Below are positions 10,629 to 20,000 of a DNA stretch of 20,000 nucleotides, piece after piece. Position 1 is the stretch's first letter; each line of letters starts with the position of its first letter. The DNA comes from Acanthaster planci (Eukaryota): the NCBI RefSeq assembly GCF_001949145.1, contig NW_019091357.1, positions 3,137,735 through 3,157,734 of the forward strand, written 5' to 3'. The notes under the pieces are model-generated. The model was not told where the DNA came from, made no database searches, and saw only the letters and a list, made by a program, of their open reading frames with translations. A program made the position numbers and the translations under genes.

Positions 10629-10758
10629 CAGAGGTGGCAGGAAGTCAATTTCACAAGTCCAAGCCAGGTCAAAAGTCAAAAATTGATAGTTACAATTCAA
10701 GTCACGATTTATAAAGATAGCGCGAGTCCAAGTCAACTAACTCGAGTCTACAACTCTG
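10629..10758. mobile_element. 130-bp hAT-like MITE with 8-bp TSD
   Basis: Ends CAGAGGTGGCAG and (reverse complement) CAGAGTTGTAG, internal reiterated AAGTC/GAGTC subterminal motifs, and perfect direct repeat ATGAGCCG at 10621-10628 and 10759-10766. Confidence 0.8.
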
Positions 10759-11189
10759 ATGAGCCGAAATACACGTACTATTCATTGCTACGGGTTTTTT
10801 GGTTGCTACGGGTATAGTTCTTTTTATGAGCAAGGCTACATGTGTACAGTCTTTTTTGAGTGGCGGTGCAAAAATAAGTAAAACTAGCAAGCTTCACGGG
10901 ACGGCACTTTCGGCCAATCGAGATTCAGAATCTGTGGGTGAGATGTTATAAAAAGAACCATGAATGGGGCAGTATAATACAGCTTGAATGAGTGACAAAA
11001 ACTCCTTATATTCCATCGTGTTGCTAATTAAATAATCGACAGATCTTTGCAGTAGCTGTATTAAATCTTTGAGATGTGTCTCAGGTTTAGAGTACTTCCT
11101 AATTTTTAAAAAGGATGAATTTAACCCTAAGGAGTAACATTTTGCGTATGAGAAAATCTGTTCCAAGGAAGTTGCATGTACACCTGTAC

Positions 11190-11712
11190 TAGCCCCGTAA
11201 TGTGGCTTATACACTAGACTACCTCCTTATCCGCCTAGCGCAGAATCACCCCGTCATCGGTTGAAAACAGCCATTTTAGTTAACAGTGCTCATTTTGTTG
11301 GTAGCGATGCCACCGTAACGCGTGCATTTAATATTCGTTTGTGAACCAGCGAAGTGTAGTACCTACCAAGGTAGCCTGTAATGGTAGGAAATTTGCGCCC
11401 TCTTTTGGTCCAGCTCGGGGCTAATAGTCCAGTGTATGAGCCACATTATGGGGCTACCTCAGTACCCTCAACTTGGAGTAATTTCATGCTGAGACAGAGA
11501 GAATACCCTTGTCCTATGAGCCCCGAGCTGGACCAAGAGAGGGCGAAAACTTCCTAGCAACAGAGGCTTCTTTGGTTGGAACCTCACTTCCTTAATTTAT
11601 GAACGACTATGAAAATGCACATTACGGTCGCGTCAGTATCAGCAAAATGAACACTCCCGACTAACATTGCGCCTTTCAACCGATGAAGGGGTGCTTCTGC
11701 TCAAGGTGGATA
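11190..11712. repeat. Complex fold-back repeat: ~200-bp inverted arms plus an interlocked second inverted pair
   Basis: 11228-11427 is the diverged reverse complement of 11514-11712 (for example GCCCTCTTTTGGTCCAGCTCGGGGCT / AGCCCCGAGCTGGACCAAGAGAGGGC). 11190-11221 is the near reverse complement of 11425-11456. Confidence 0.8.
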
Positions 11713-13801
11713 CTGTGCTAAAGGAACAATATGATTTTCTTGACAGGTTGAGAATAATACAGTTGAACACTTGTATTCAAGGAAGCAGTGAATCAGCCAA
11801 TATGGATGCTGGATGTTCTGGCGGCCTGTCGGCTATAAGGATATTCATTAACAGTTTTTTTTCTTAGGAATTAACGATCAGATGGATTGACTCGACTCTG
11901 AACATACTTGGTAACGGGTTGTTTTAGTATTGTTTGATTAAAATAACATTTGTAAACCAAGAATATTCAAAATAAATACAGTTTGCTTTATGATCATTCT
12001 GATAAAATATATATGCTTTTGACGAAGACTACTTCTCAAACAGCTCATTTTAAAAGATATCGGGCGTAGATCTTTGAGGAATGAAGACTTAGCGACTGGA
12101 ACGGTTATCTCATTGAGAATTCCCCTGCTGATAGTGCTGACTTAGTATAAAAGTATTAAAATAGCCAGTTAATGTCGGTTTTTTTCCAAAAAAATGCTGG
12201 GGTGTTATTTTTTCTAAAATTCGTCAACCTTGCAATTCATTTCTGGCGCCCATAAAATATGTAGGGAGACACAACTCTTGAGTTTTCTTCCCCCTGAATT
12301 TTTGAATTGCCTTCCCCGAGTTTTTCTGTTCAGCAGTTTCAACTGTCCTGGTAAAAATCGTGGGGCGTGTCCAGGCATCTACCGGTTCATATACAAAAGG
12401 TCAATAGCCTATATAGGCGTCACTAGTGGCCATGTGTGGTTTTTGACAGTTGTTTGATACAATGCTAAATGGAATTTTGTAACCTCATCTCTTTGCAAAT
12501 TGGTTCACCGCCAATTAAAGGAGGTTTTTTGTCCCCTTGGTCCTTTCGTGTATGGTGTGGGTTCCCAATCAATTCTAATTACTCGAGAAAGGCATGTAAG
12601 GATTATTGTGGGTTGACACATGAAGCAAGATTTGGGACAGCGAGCACCACACCACCACTTTTGTGTTGGTCAATGTTTGATCGGAATCTCAGGAATTCTT
12701 TACACGCATGGGGGGGGGTGTTAGGTAACAATAGTCCAGAGTGTGTATGGAGATTAGACATGTAAGGGGGTACCCGTCCGTCCCATATCTTGCTGGGTAT
12801 ATGGGTTAGTGTGTGGAGGGGTCCACTCAGTGGCAGCGTCTGCGTGTATAAGGATCGTCTTTCGTGCTTTGACTCAACCTCCTCTGCGACTCAACCAAGC
12901 ACGACTCGTTAATATGTCAACCGCGGCAACGAATTCTTGAACGAGTATGCACATCCGCCGTGGAGTAAATAGGGAAAATATGTGTTAACACGTCATCCGC
13001 CGACATGTGATTAAGTACGGTAACATCAACAGCTCTGGTCTTACGGGCCTAGAAAGCAAAAATTATTCAATGAACAAATCCAGTGAGTCAAAATGGGACA
13101 GAGAAAGTGACAAGTCAGAAATCAACAAGATTGAGGAACTAGAATTGCATTTCAGAATAGGTAAAGCGCGTGTTATTTTACTACACTACAAAAATCAACC
13201 GAGGATGAAAATTACATTGAATGAATGTAACACACACCGTTACAAAAATATGGATTAAGAAGTCGGCCAATTCTTACGGAAACATGAAGGTTTAGCGACT
13301 GTTTACAACCTAGCAGGTTGCCAGGTTGCTCTGTTAGCCGAGGAGTAGGTGACAAGTAGAGGGCACTCGGTGGTAACGTCGCCGCTTAAGTACGGTTGGT
13401 CTGCAGAATGGGGCCTGGGTGGCTGACTTCGCGGGTAGCAGGGTTTGACAGGCGAGGAAGAGTATTGTTCCGGCACGGATACGTTGTTGCAGCCGATGGT
13501 GTTGTCTTAACTTTCGATGCCTTGCACGAGTGCAGTGCCCCAGCAGGGTGTAGAGATGAACGGCCACATTCAAGCAGAATGCCCACACAGCTTGACTGAA
13601 AGCAACTTGGCCTGCAGCGTGTCAGCGGTCCGCTAGCTCAGGGTGTATCGAATAGAGGCCTTGGCGTGGGAGGGTCAGCACATACCGTTGTTCACTCACA
13701 CAAAAGAAACAGTTCGAAGGAATTTGGGTCTAGAGTAGAGGCTGGCCTGGCATGGCTACGGGTGAGAATCTGAAATTCCTGACAGTAACAGTTTGAAGAA
13801 T

Positions 13802-13844
13802 AGCTCTCCACTTGCCACGCATATCGCTTGGCAAGTGGAGAGCT
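13802..13844. repeat. Perfect 16-bp hairpin
   Basis: AGCTCTCCACTTGCCA (13802-13817), 11-nt loop, TGGCAAGTGGAGAGCT (13829-13844). Confidence 0.85.
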
Positions 13845-13879
13845 TTGAAGACTACACCGTGAGAAGATACTAAAACAGG

Positions 13880-15290
13880 TACGATATAGTCCTTAGAATG
13901 GTCATATTTACAGGTATTAACCATGCACCCACAGCAAAACACCAAAATAGCTTGCAGGTTAAAAAGCAATTTCAGAATTGGGTTTTCCTCTGTGGCCAAC
14001 TGCCAATTTTTTCATACAGCTATAAAAGCCTTTAAACAGTTGGTATCTTGTTTAATAGAGGGCGGTAAAAGAAAGATTTTCACAAAAGAACACTAAAACC
14101 AGAAATTTATAATCTGTGTAAAAGTATGCCGTCTCCTCTTCCTGAAAACTAGAGAAATGGATGGATGATATTTGCTTTTCATTTCAACAAAAGACATACA
14201 CAATGTTTACTAAAACCAAATCCAGCACTGCATATTGTGTAAGTGTTCCCGTCAGTCATTATTTCAATGAAATGTACCAGTGCATTATGACCCGCCCAAA
14301 AACATTAAGTAACTATGTACACAGATATAGGCAACACAAGCAATATTTACAAATGGTCATATTTCCATAGCGTTAACCATGCACTTCAAGCAACAGTAAC
14401 ATACCTAAGCAACCTTTCAATTTAAACTTCGATTTTGAAATTGGGTTCATGAATACAGGCGATTCACGATAGTGCACCTCTAAGTGTCTGCCACGCGTTG
14501 ACCAATAACAGTGCGCGAAATCTGTCTACCCTTTCCAAATATGCGCATTGGGTCGACAGATTTCGCGCAATCTGATTGGTCCTCGCTTTGCAAACTCTTG
14601 GAGGCGCACTATTGTGAAACGCCAGTACTGCCAGTCTTTTCTAAGAATAGAGCTCTAGCTCAATCAACATGCTGGCTCAAGAGAGAGGGAGTGAAAAGAT
14701 GTTTTACACAATAATGACAAAACCACACATTTTAAATCGGAACCAAAGTATGCTCTATCATCTTCCTAAGAAAGACAAAACGCTTGGGAAATGGATAGGT
14801 GATAATTAACTTTGATTTCAATTCAATACATATAGACATAATTATACAAATTGCTTTCCAAAACCAAATCCAGCATTGCATGTTTTGTAAGTGTTCCCAT
14901 CAGTCACTAACTACTTCAGTGAAATGTCCAAGTGGATTATAACGCCTATAAACATTATCTACAAACAGGCTAGGCAATACAAGCCCTATCTAAAATCGGT
15001 CATATGAACAGAGCATTAACCATACATTCCAAACAAATTACCAAGCCAGATTCAGTTTAAAACTGCGATTTTGGAATTGGGCTTTCCTTATTGCACCAAC
15101 CGCCAGAATCTTTAAGAATACAGCGACATGAGGCTTAAACAAGTTGGTGTCTTCTGAAGAGAAAGTGAAGACTGGCAAAGCAAAAACGTTTTAATATGTG
15201 CAAAAAATATGCTGTCCCATCTTCCTAAGAAAACCAGCATTCTAGGAAGATTGACAGTTGATCATCAAATTGGATTTCAACACAACAAAC
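13880..15290. repeat. Diverged tandem repeat, ~460-bp unit, just under 3 units
   Basis: Recurring landmarks GGTCATAT...TTAACCAT (about 13900, 14356, 14998), AATTGGG (about 13977, 14440, 15076) and AAA(G/A)TATGC...TCTTCCT (about 14122, 14746, 15204). Block AAAACCAAATCCAGCA.TGCAT.TT.TGTAAGTGTTCCC.TCAGTCA at about 14212 and 14860. Confidence 0.8.
14454..14627. mobile_element. Palindromic MITE inserted into the tandem repeat
   Basis: TACAGGCGATTCACGATAGTGCACCTCTAAG versus reverse complement TACTGGCGTTTCACAATAGTGCGCCTCCAAG, and inner arms TGCGCGAAATCTGTC.ACCC. TA at both ends. Its ~175 bp account for the longer period (about 640 versus 460) of the middle unit. Confidence 0.8.
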
Positions 15291-15782
15291 ACAGAAATAT
15301 ACACCCTGTACTCTAACTCAACTAGCTCATCGGGGTGGCAACGGGGAAATCTCCCTCCAAAAGGAGAAAAAAATTTCTTTCAAAAATGTGATGAGAAAAA
15401 AATCGACTCGAGGGATGATCTCATTCCCCCTCCTCTCCAAAACGTGTAATAAAGTCACCAAATGTAGCCTCGTCCTTCAGATCATAAATCATCGTCTGAA
15501 GAAATTCTAAAGTTTAAAGGCTGAAAAAAAATTTGCCCCAAAGATATGGTCTGGGGCTGTGCTTTGTTTGTGTAAATGAAACCATTTTCCAATAGTAAGT
15601 ATTCATATCTTCCACGAACCTGCAGGGACTAATAAGCTACTACTAAAGAAGTAATGTGTCAAGCAGTGGCATATCCAGCTTCTGGTGGGGGGGGGAATTC
15701 AAAAGCAAATGCACTTGTGGGTTCATTCAATATGATAATGGGGGAGAAATATATAACCAATTTTTTGATAATTGACTATGAC

Positions 15783-16079
15783 NNNNNNNNNNNNNNNNNN
15801 NNNNNNNNNNNNNNNNNNNNNNNNNNNNNNNNNNNNNNNNNNNNNNNNNNNNNNNNNNNNNNNNNNNNNNNNNNNNNNNNNNNNNNNNNNNNNNNNNNNN
15901 NNNNNNNNNNNNNNNNNNNNNNNNNNNNNNNNNNNNNNNNNNNNNNNNNNNNNNNNNNNNNNNNNNNNNNNNNNNNNNNNNNNNNNNNNNNNNNNNNNNN
16001 NNNNNNNNNNNNNNNNNNNNNNNNNNNNNNNNNNNNNNNNNNNNNNNNNNNNNNNNNNNNNNNNNNNNNNNNNNNNNNN
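15783..16079. other. Assembly gap (297 N)
   Basis: Run of n, starting 77 bp downstream of the copy B stop codon. Confidence 1.
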
Positions 16080-16156
16080 GATACATCACTGGTATCAAAA
16101 TACAATAAATGAAATGTATTGAGAAGACTTCAGGTTGCAGAGTCATGGTTCTGTCA

Positions 16157-18834
16157 TTACTTGCCTCCTGGCAGACGATCATTCCCCTGGGCAATAATCC
16201 ATCCGTTTGTTACGGTATAGATTCCTTCATCTGCACGGATACTGGCCCCGACAGGATTGTCGTGACCCTGACTTTCGGTGATCCACCCCCGCGTGGGTGA
16301 CACGGACCTTGCCTCGGCGGGTCTGGAACCGACTCGACAGCACTCGCAGCAGGCCGGGCACGGGATGTCTCCGCACGATCCTTGCGGGCCGGCCACCAGA
16401 CACAGCGACTGGAAGAAGAAGGTGCCGTGCGTCCAGCTGATGCTCATGACGAGCATCAGAAAGACGCCAAACTGATAATAACTCTGAAGTGTGGACGGCG
16501 ACACCAGGGCGCCCGCAACGAACGTTGAAAAAGCTGCGATGGTGATAGCGGGCGACATGGTTTTAAGAGAGTAGAGAGAGCGGTTGATTCGGTCAGGGTG
16601 ACGAGAGAGTTTATAAGCCACCCCGTAGTGAATGGTGAAATCCACCGACAGACCCACCGCTAACGTGATAATGGTAGCCTCGCCTGCATTTAACTCCCAG
16701 CCAAGCAGGACAAGGCTTGCAACTGTAACAAACACGGCGCTTGTTATGGTCAGCATAGCCCACAGGGTGAGGATAATATTCTGTATTGTCAGAAACAGTA
16801 TACCGGACGCTACCGCTAAGGTGACGAGCATAGATGTTCTGGTTCCAGCTGCAAGACTTTGTTGCAGATCGTAAAAGGACAGTTGGTAATAATATGACGA
16901 AAACCACCCCCTTTGGAGTGATTCAGGCGCCGATTTTATCTTCTCTCCAATCCAAGTATCAATGGTCGTCCACAGTTCGTCGTTGTCGACGAATTTGAGG
17001 CTGTTTTTAAACGTCGTTTGAAAACTGATTTTGATACCAGCTAGCTGACCGTCCGTCCTCCGGAAGAAGAGACTTGGAGATTGAAAGACATCGGCAAATT
17101 TAGCTAGGCAGATCTTAAAGAGATCAGGTTCGTAAGGAAAAATCGATTGATTGCAGCAAGGGGACACATCTTGGCCGGAGATATTACAAGCTGGCTGTTC
17201 CATAAAGTCGATAAAGTTCTCGATAGTGCAATTTTCCGCGCCCTCAAATGACGTGTGGAAGCTCTGCTCCCGCATATCTCGGCAGAAATTACGCAGCCAC
17301 GTCTGGTCCTCGGGACTGGAAAATGTGAAAGAATCGTCCAAAATTAGGGTCCCTCTATCGTCTGGGTCCCACCAGTTACCGTTGTCGACTGAGTGGACAC
17401 CCCAAACAACCCATCCAACAAAATCCCCAACTCTGTCCTTGTTATATGCAAACTGGTCTTTGTAGACGAGATCATACTGTTCCAGGTAGTGGGAATTAAT
17501 GAAATACTGGAAGTCCGAAGAGCTAGGTAGCTGGAAACCTGGGATACAGAAAATTACAACTGCGCTACCAGCAAGGAGCAACAGAAAGAGAACAATCCAC
17601 AGGAATCTTAGCTTCTTCACAAGAAAGGGGATAACAATTTCATGAAACTTTGTCAGGGGTGTGAGCAGCTTGGTTAAGCAGCGACTGCATTTCCCGGTAG
17701 ACTGGTCCTCGCTGGTCGTGGATGAGCAGCACCAAGCTGTCAGTTTGTGCTGCATGACGATGACGGCCGGCAGCAGAGATAGTGTCAGTCCCAAGTTCAT
17801 CAGGATGGCTGTCCCCGCGAAGACGGCGAAGCACTTTACGACCACGATTTCGCTCAGGGCTGTCGCGAAGAGCGCGGCTGCGGTGGTGAAGCTGGTCACA
17901 AACATCGTGGCGGAAGCGTGGCGGAGGGTCTCGTGGACGAGTCTCACCAAGTCTTGGTCGCCAAACTCCGATCGGCACTTCTTCCACAGGTCCATGTAGA
18001 CAAACGTGTCGTCGGCACCGATCCCAAGCAGCAGAATAATAGAAATGATATTGACAAAGGGGAAGAAAGGTCGCACAAATGCCACCGTGAAGAAGAAATC
18101 TGCCAAAGCAAATGAGAACACCATATTGATGAGTGCCGCCAGGGTGACAAGGATGGAACCGGTATAAATCCAGATCAGGAGAAAAATTGCTGCGGCGGCA
18201 ATGCCGAAGAACAGGCTATCAAACAAGATGGCGCTCGCAAAGAGGGAGACCTTGATAGGCATATACACCGCCCGGAGTCGTGTGATGCCATCGGTGGCGG
18301 GTTTCTGTTGTATACTTTCCTGGAAGATCTTTTCCTGGGCGTCTTGGTCACTGATGGGTAGCAGTACCGCTGTAATCGAGGACTTCAGCGAGGTACTGCT
18401 TTCGGTGACACCCCGACCGACCTCGGCGGGGAGAAGGTAGTGGAGCATTGTGAAAGCAGCGTACTCGTGCTGTTTGCACTCGTCCGGGATGGCATTTGGA
18501 ATAGTATCCTTCTGCATGTCCTCTGCCGTTGTGTTGCGAAAAAACGGCGCGCAGCGCAGCAGCAGACTAACAGTGTCTGCCACATCAATGTCTTCGATCT
18601 CTGCGTAGGAGGTCTTGTTGGACAGCAGTGCTACGTAGTTTCCGAGAGACCAGGAACTAGGGCAGTCGCCACGTGCGTCTCGGCACAGACAATTCTCTGG
18701 GTAAGACGGATGTGACGTCACAAGTCCTTCCTCCGCCTTGCAAACTGATTTAATGGCCTCTGCTGTCAGCATGTTGCTTCCATCTACTCCCTCAAACACC
18801 AATGTTCCCAAATCAGTGCTTTGTGGTGTTTGCC
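16157..18834 (-). CDS. DISP1-like: Dispatched-like protein, copy B, large terminal coding exon
   Basis: 896-aa ORF collinear with copy A: SWSLGNYVALL, TM4 GIGADDTFV, TLRHASATMFVTSFTTAAA, WGVHSVDNGNWWDP, YDLQQSL, LGWELN, TM10 GLSVDFTIHYG. Acceptor tgtttttttcAG (18836-18835), phase 1, at the same position as in copy A. The ORF-track ATG at 18847 is intronic. Confidence 0.93.
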
Positions 18835-19390
18835 CTGAAAAAAACATTAAAGGTATCCTTTAGCTGCGTCAAACATAAAGCACATTTTGCAAGGACACCA
18901 TAAATTTTATTCCTTCTGCTGGAACAATGAAAAATTAGAAAGGACCAGATGCTTTATTTGTGCCTGCGTTTCAGCGATGAACAAAAGCAACGATACTGCC
19001 TGCTATAGACGTTGCATGCATCGGATTTCATCTGATCTTAGAATCTAAAAAAAGACCAACTTTATAAACGTGACCATATTAGCAGGCGGAAAATCATCGT
19101 TGAAATGTGTTTCACAAAACGTAAAGAGTCTCGATAAGTGAGCTGCGAATACCTGCGGATGTGAATGTCCATCTTTCAACTTCTATTTGAAAGCAACTGT
19201 TGAACACCTGAATTGCGAGTGAAATAATCATGACTGTATTTTCAAAAATTGCCGATACATGTATCTAACAGATCTGGACTCACGTTTTTTGTGAGTCGTT
19301 ATTTCACAGAGCTTTTACCATGCATCAATGGTTTGTAGATTAAGAACTCTTCTTAAAAAATGACACGTTTAAGGAGGGAAAGCAACTCAC

Positions 19391-19604
19391 ATAACGGTGA
19401 ACAAAAACGGATTCCGGTAGTGGTTGCTTGGTCGGTATGCCGTTTGGTCCTTGGCTGCTGAGCAGCGCGCTCTTGTCTCACCGGTTGATCTGGGGAGCGT
19501 CCAGCATCAGCCGGGCGGAACACCAGCAAATCGTCCGAGTCGTCGAAAAGGTTTCGAAGACTATTTACTCTTGCTGATTTCAGGGTCCCGCGTGCGTCAA
19601 ACCC
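19391..19604 (-). CDS. DISP1-like: Dispatched-like copy B, penultimate coding exon (not in the ORF track)
   Basis: Hand translation: GFDARGTLKSARVNSLRNLFDDSDDLLVFRPADAG...QPRTKRHTDQ...IRFCSPL, homologous to copy A exon 3. Acceptor aAG (19606-19605), donor GTGAGT (19390-19385). 214 nt, phase 0 to phase 1, giving a TGG codon across the junction. Confidence 0.88.
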
Positions 19605-20000
19605 CTTTCAGATATACATTAAAACCAATCAAAAGTACAGGCAGCTGTATCAAAAAGAAAATCGACTTGCGAAATATTTGCCTGGGGAAAATTATCGTCC
19701 TGAATTCGTCTGACGGAAGCAAAAACTTTCTTTAACATAATCACTGATTTATCTCATTACCTGGTGAGTTTTACATATTTGAGCAGGTTACAAAATTCAA
19801 GTATTGCCAGTTCTTCATGAACATGCATTACTATAGATGACACTTGACAATGAAATAAGTCGGCGAATTTCAAGGTTTTATTCTAAGCATTCTTTTCTAA
19901 ACTTTAGTTTACCCTATTGTCCAAATAGTCCTTATTTCCTTTTACTGTCTGTCCGAAGCAATGCAACTTAATTTTTTTCATTGTCATAAATGAAGACGTA

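Noticed and set aside
10756..10770. CTGATGAGCCGAAA as a hammerhead ribozyme core
   Set aside because: There is no room for stem II, and the string is just the MITE end plus its TSD.
13880..15290. Tandem repeat as a CRISPR array or repeated coding exons
   Set aside because: The context is eukaryotic, the units are long and diverged without a repeat-spacer pattern, and indels break any frame.
15654..16194. Four ORFs spanning the N run
   Set aside because: Artefacts of translating through the assembly gap.
765..18834. The two Disp copies as uncollapsed haplotypes or an assembly duplication
   Set aside because: The proteins differ at a large fraction of positions and the introns show no visible similarity, which is far beyond allelic divergence.
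19755..19766. Minus-strand donor-like CAG|GTAATG as the end of the copy B TM1 exon
   Set aside because: The upstream sequence does not encode a TM helix or LPDFxDP. That exon must lie beyond the window.

Overview
Eukaryotic (animal) genomic DNA. The repeat style and gene content suggest an invertebrate deuterostome such as an echinoderm, but this is inference. The window holds two diverged, tandem, minus-strand Dispatched-like (RND/sterol-sensing-domain) transporter genes about 15.4 kb apart. Copy A can be fully reconstructed as 4 coding exons (6672-6506, 5255-5132, 4122-3900, 3478-765; about 1075 aa, all splice phases compatible). Copy B has its last two exons in the window (19604-19391, 18834-16157), and its 5' part lies beyond the window. 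Between them, on the plus strand, is the catalytic exon of a CHST11-like (Sulfotransfer_2/HNK-1-ST family) carbohydrate sulfotransferase (9223-10071). Its membrane-anchor exon was not found. Intergenic and intronic DNA holds a tRNA-derived SINE, several MITE-like elements (two with perfect 8-bp TSDs, one of them nested), an interlocked fold-back repeat, a diverged ~460-bp tandem repeat, a possible Penelope RT relic and a 297-nt assembly gap.
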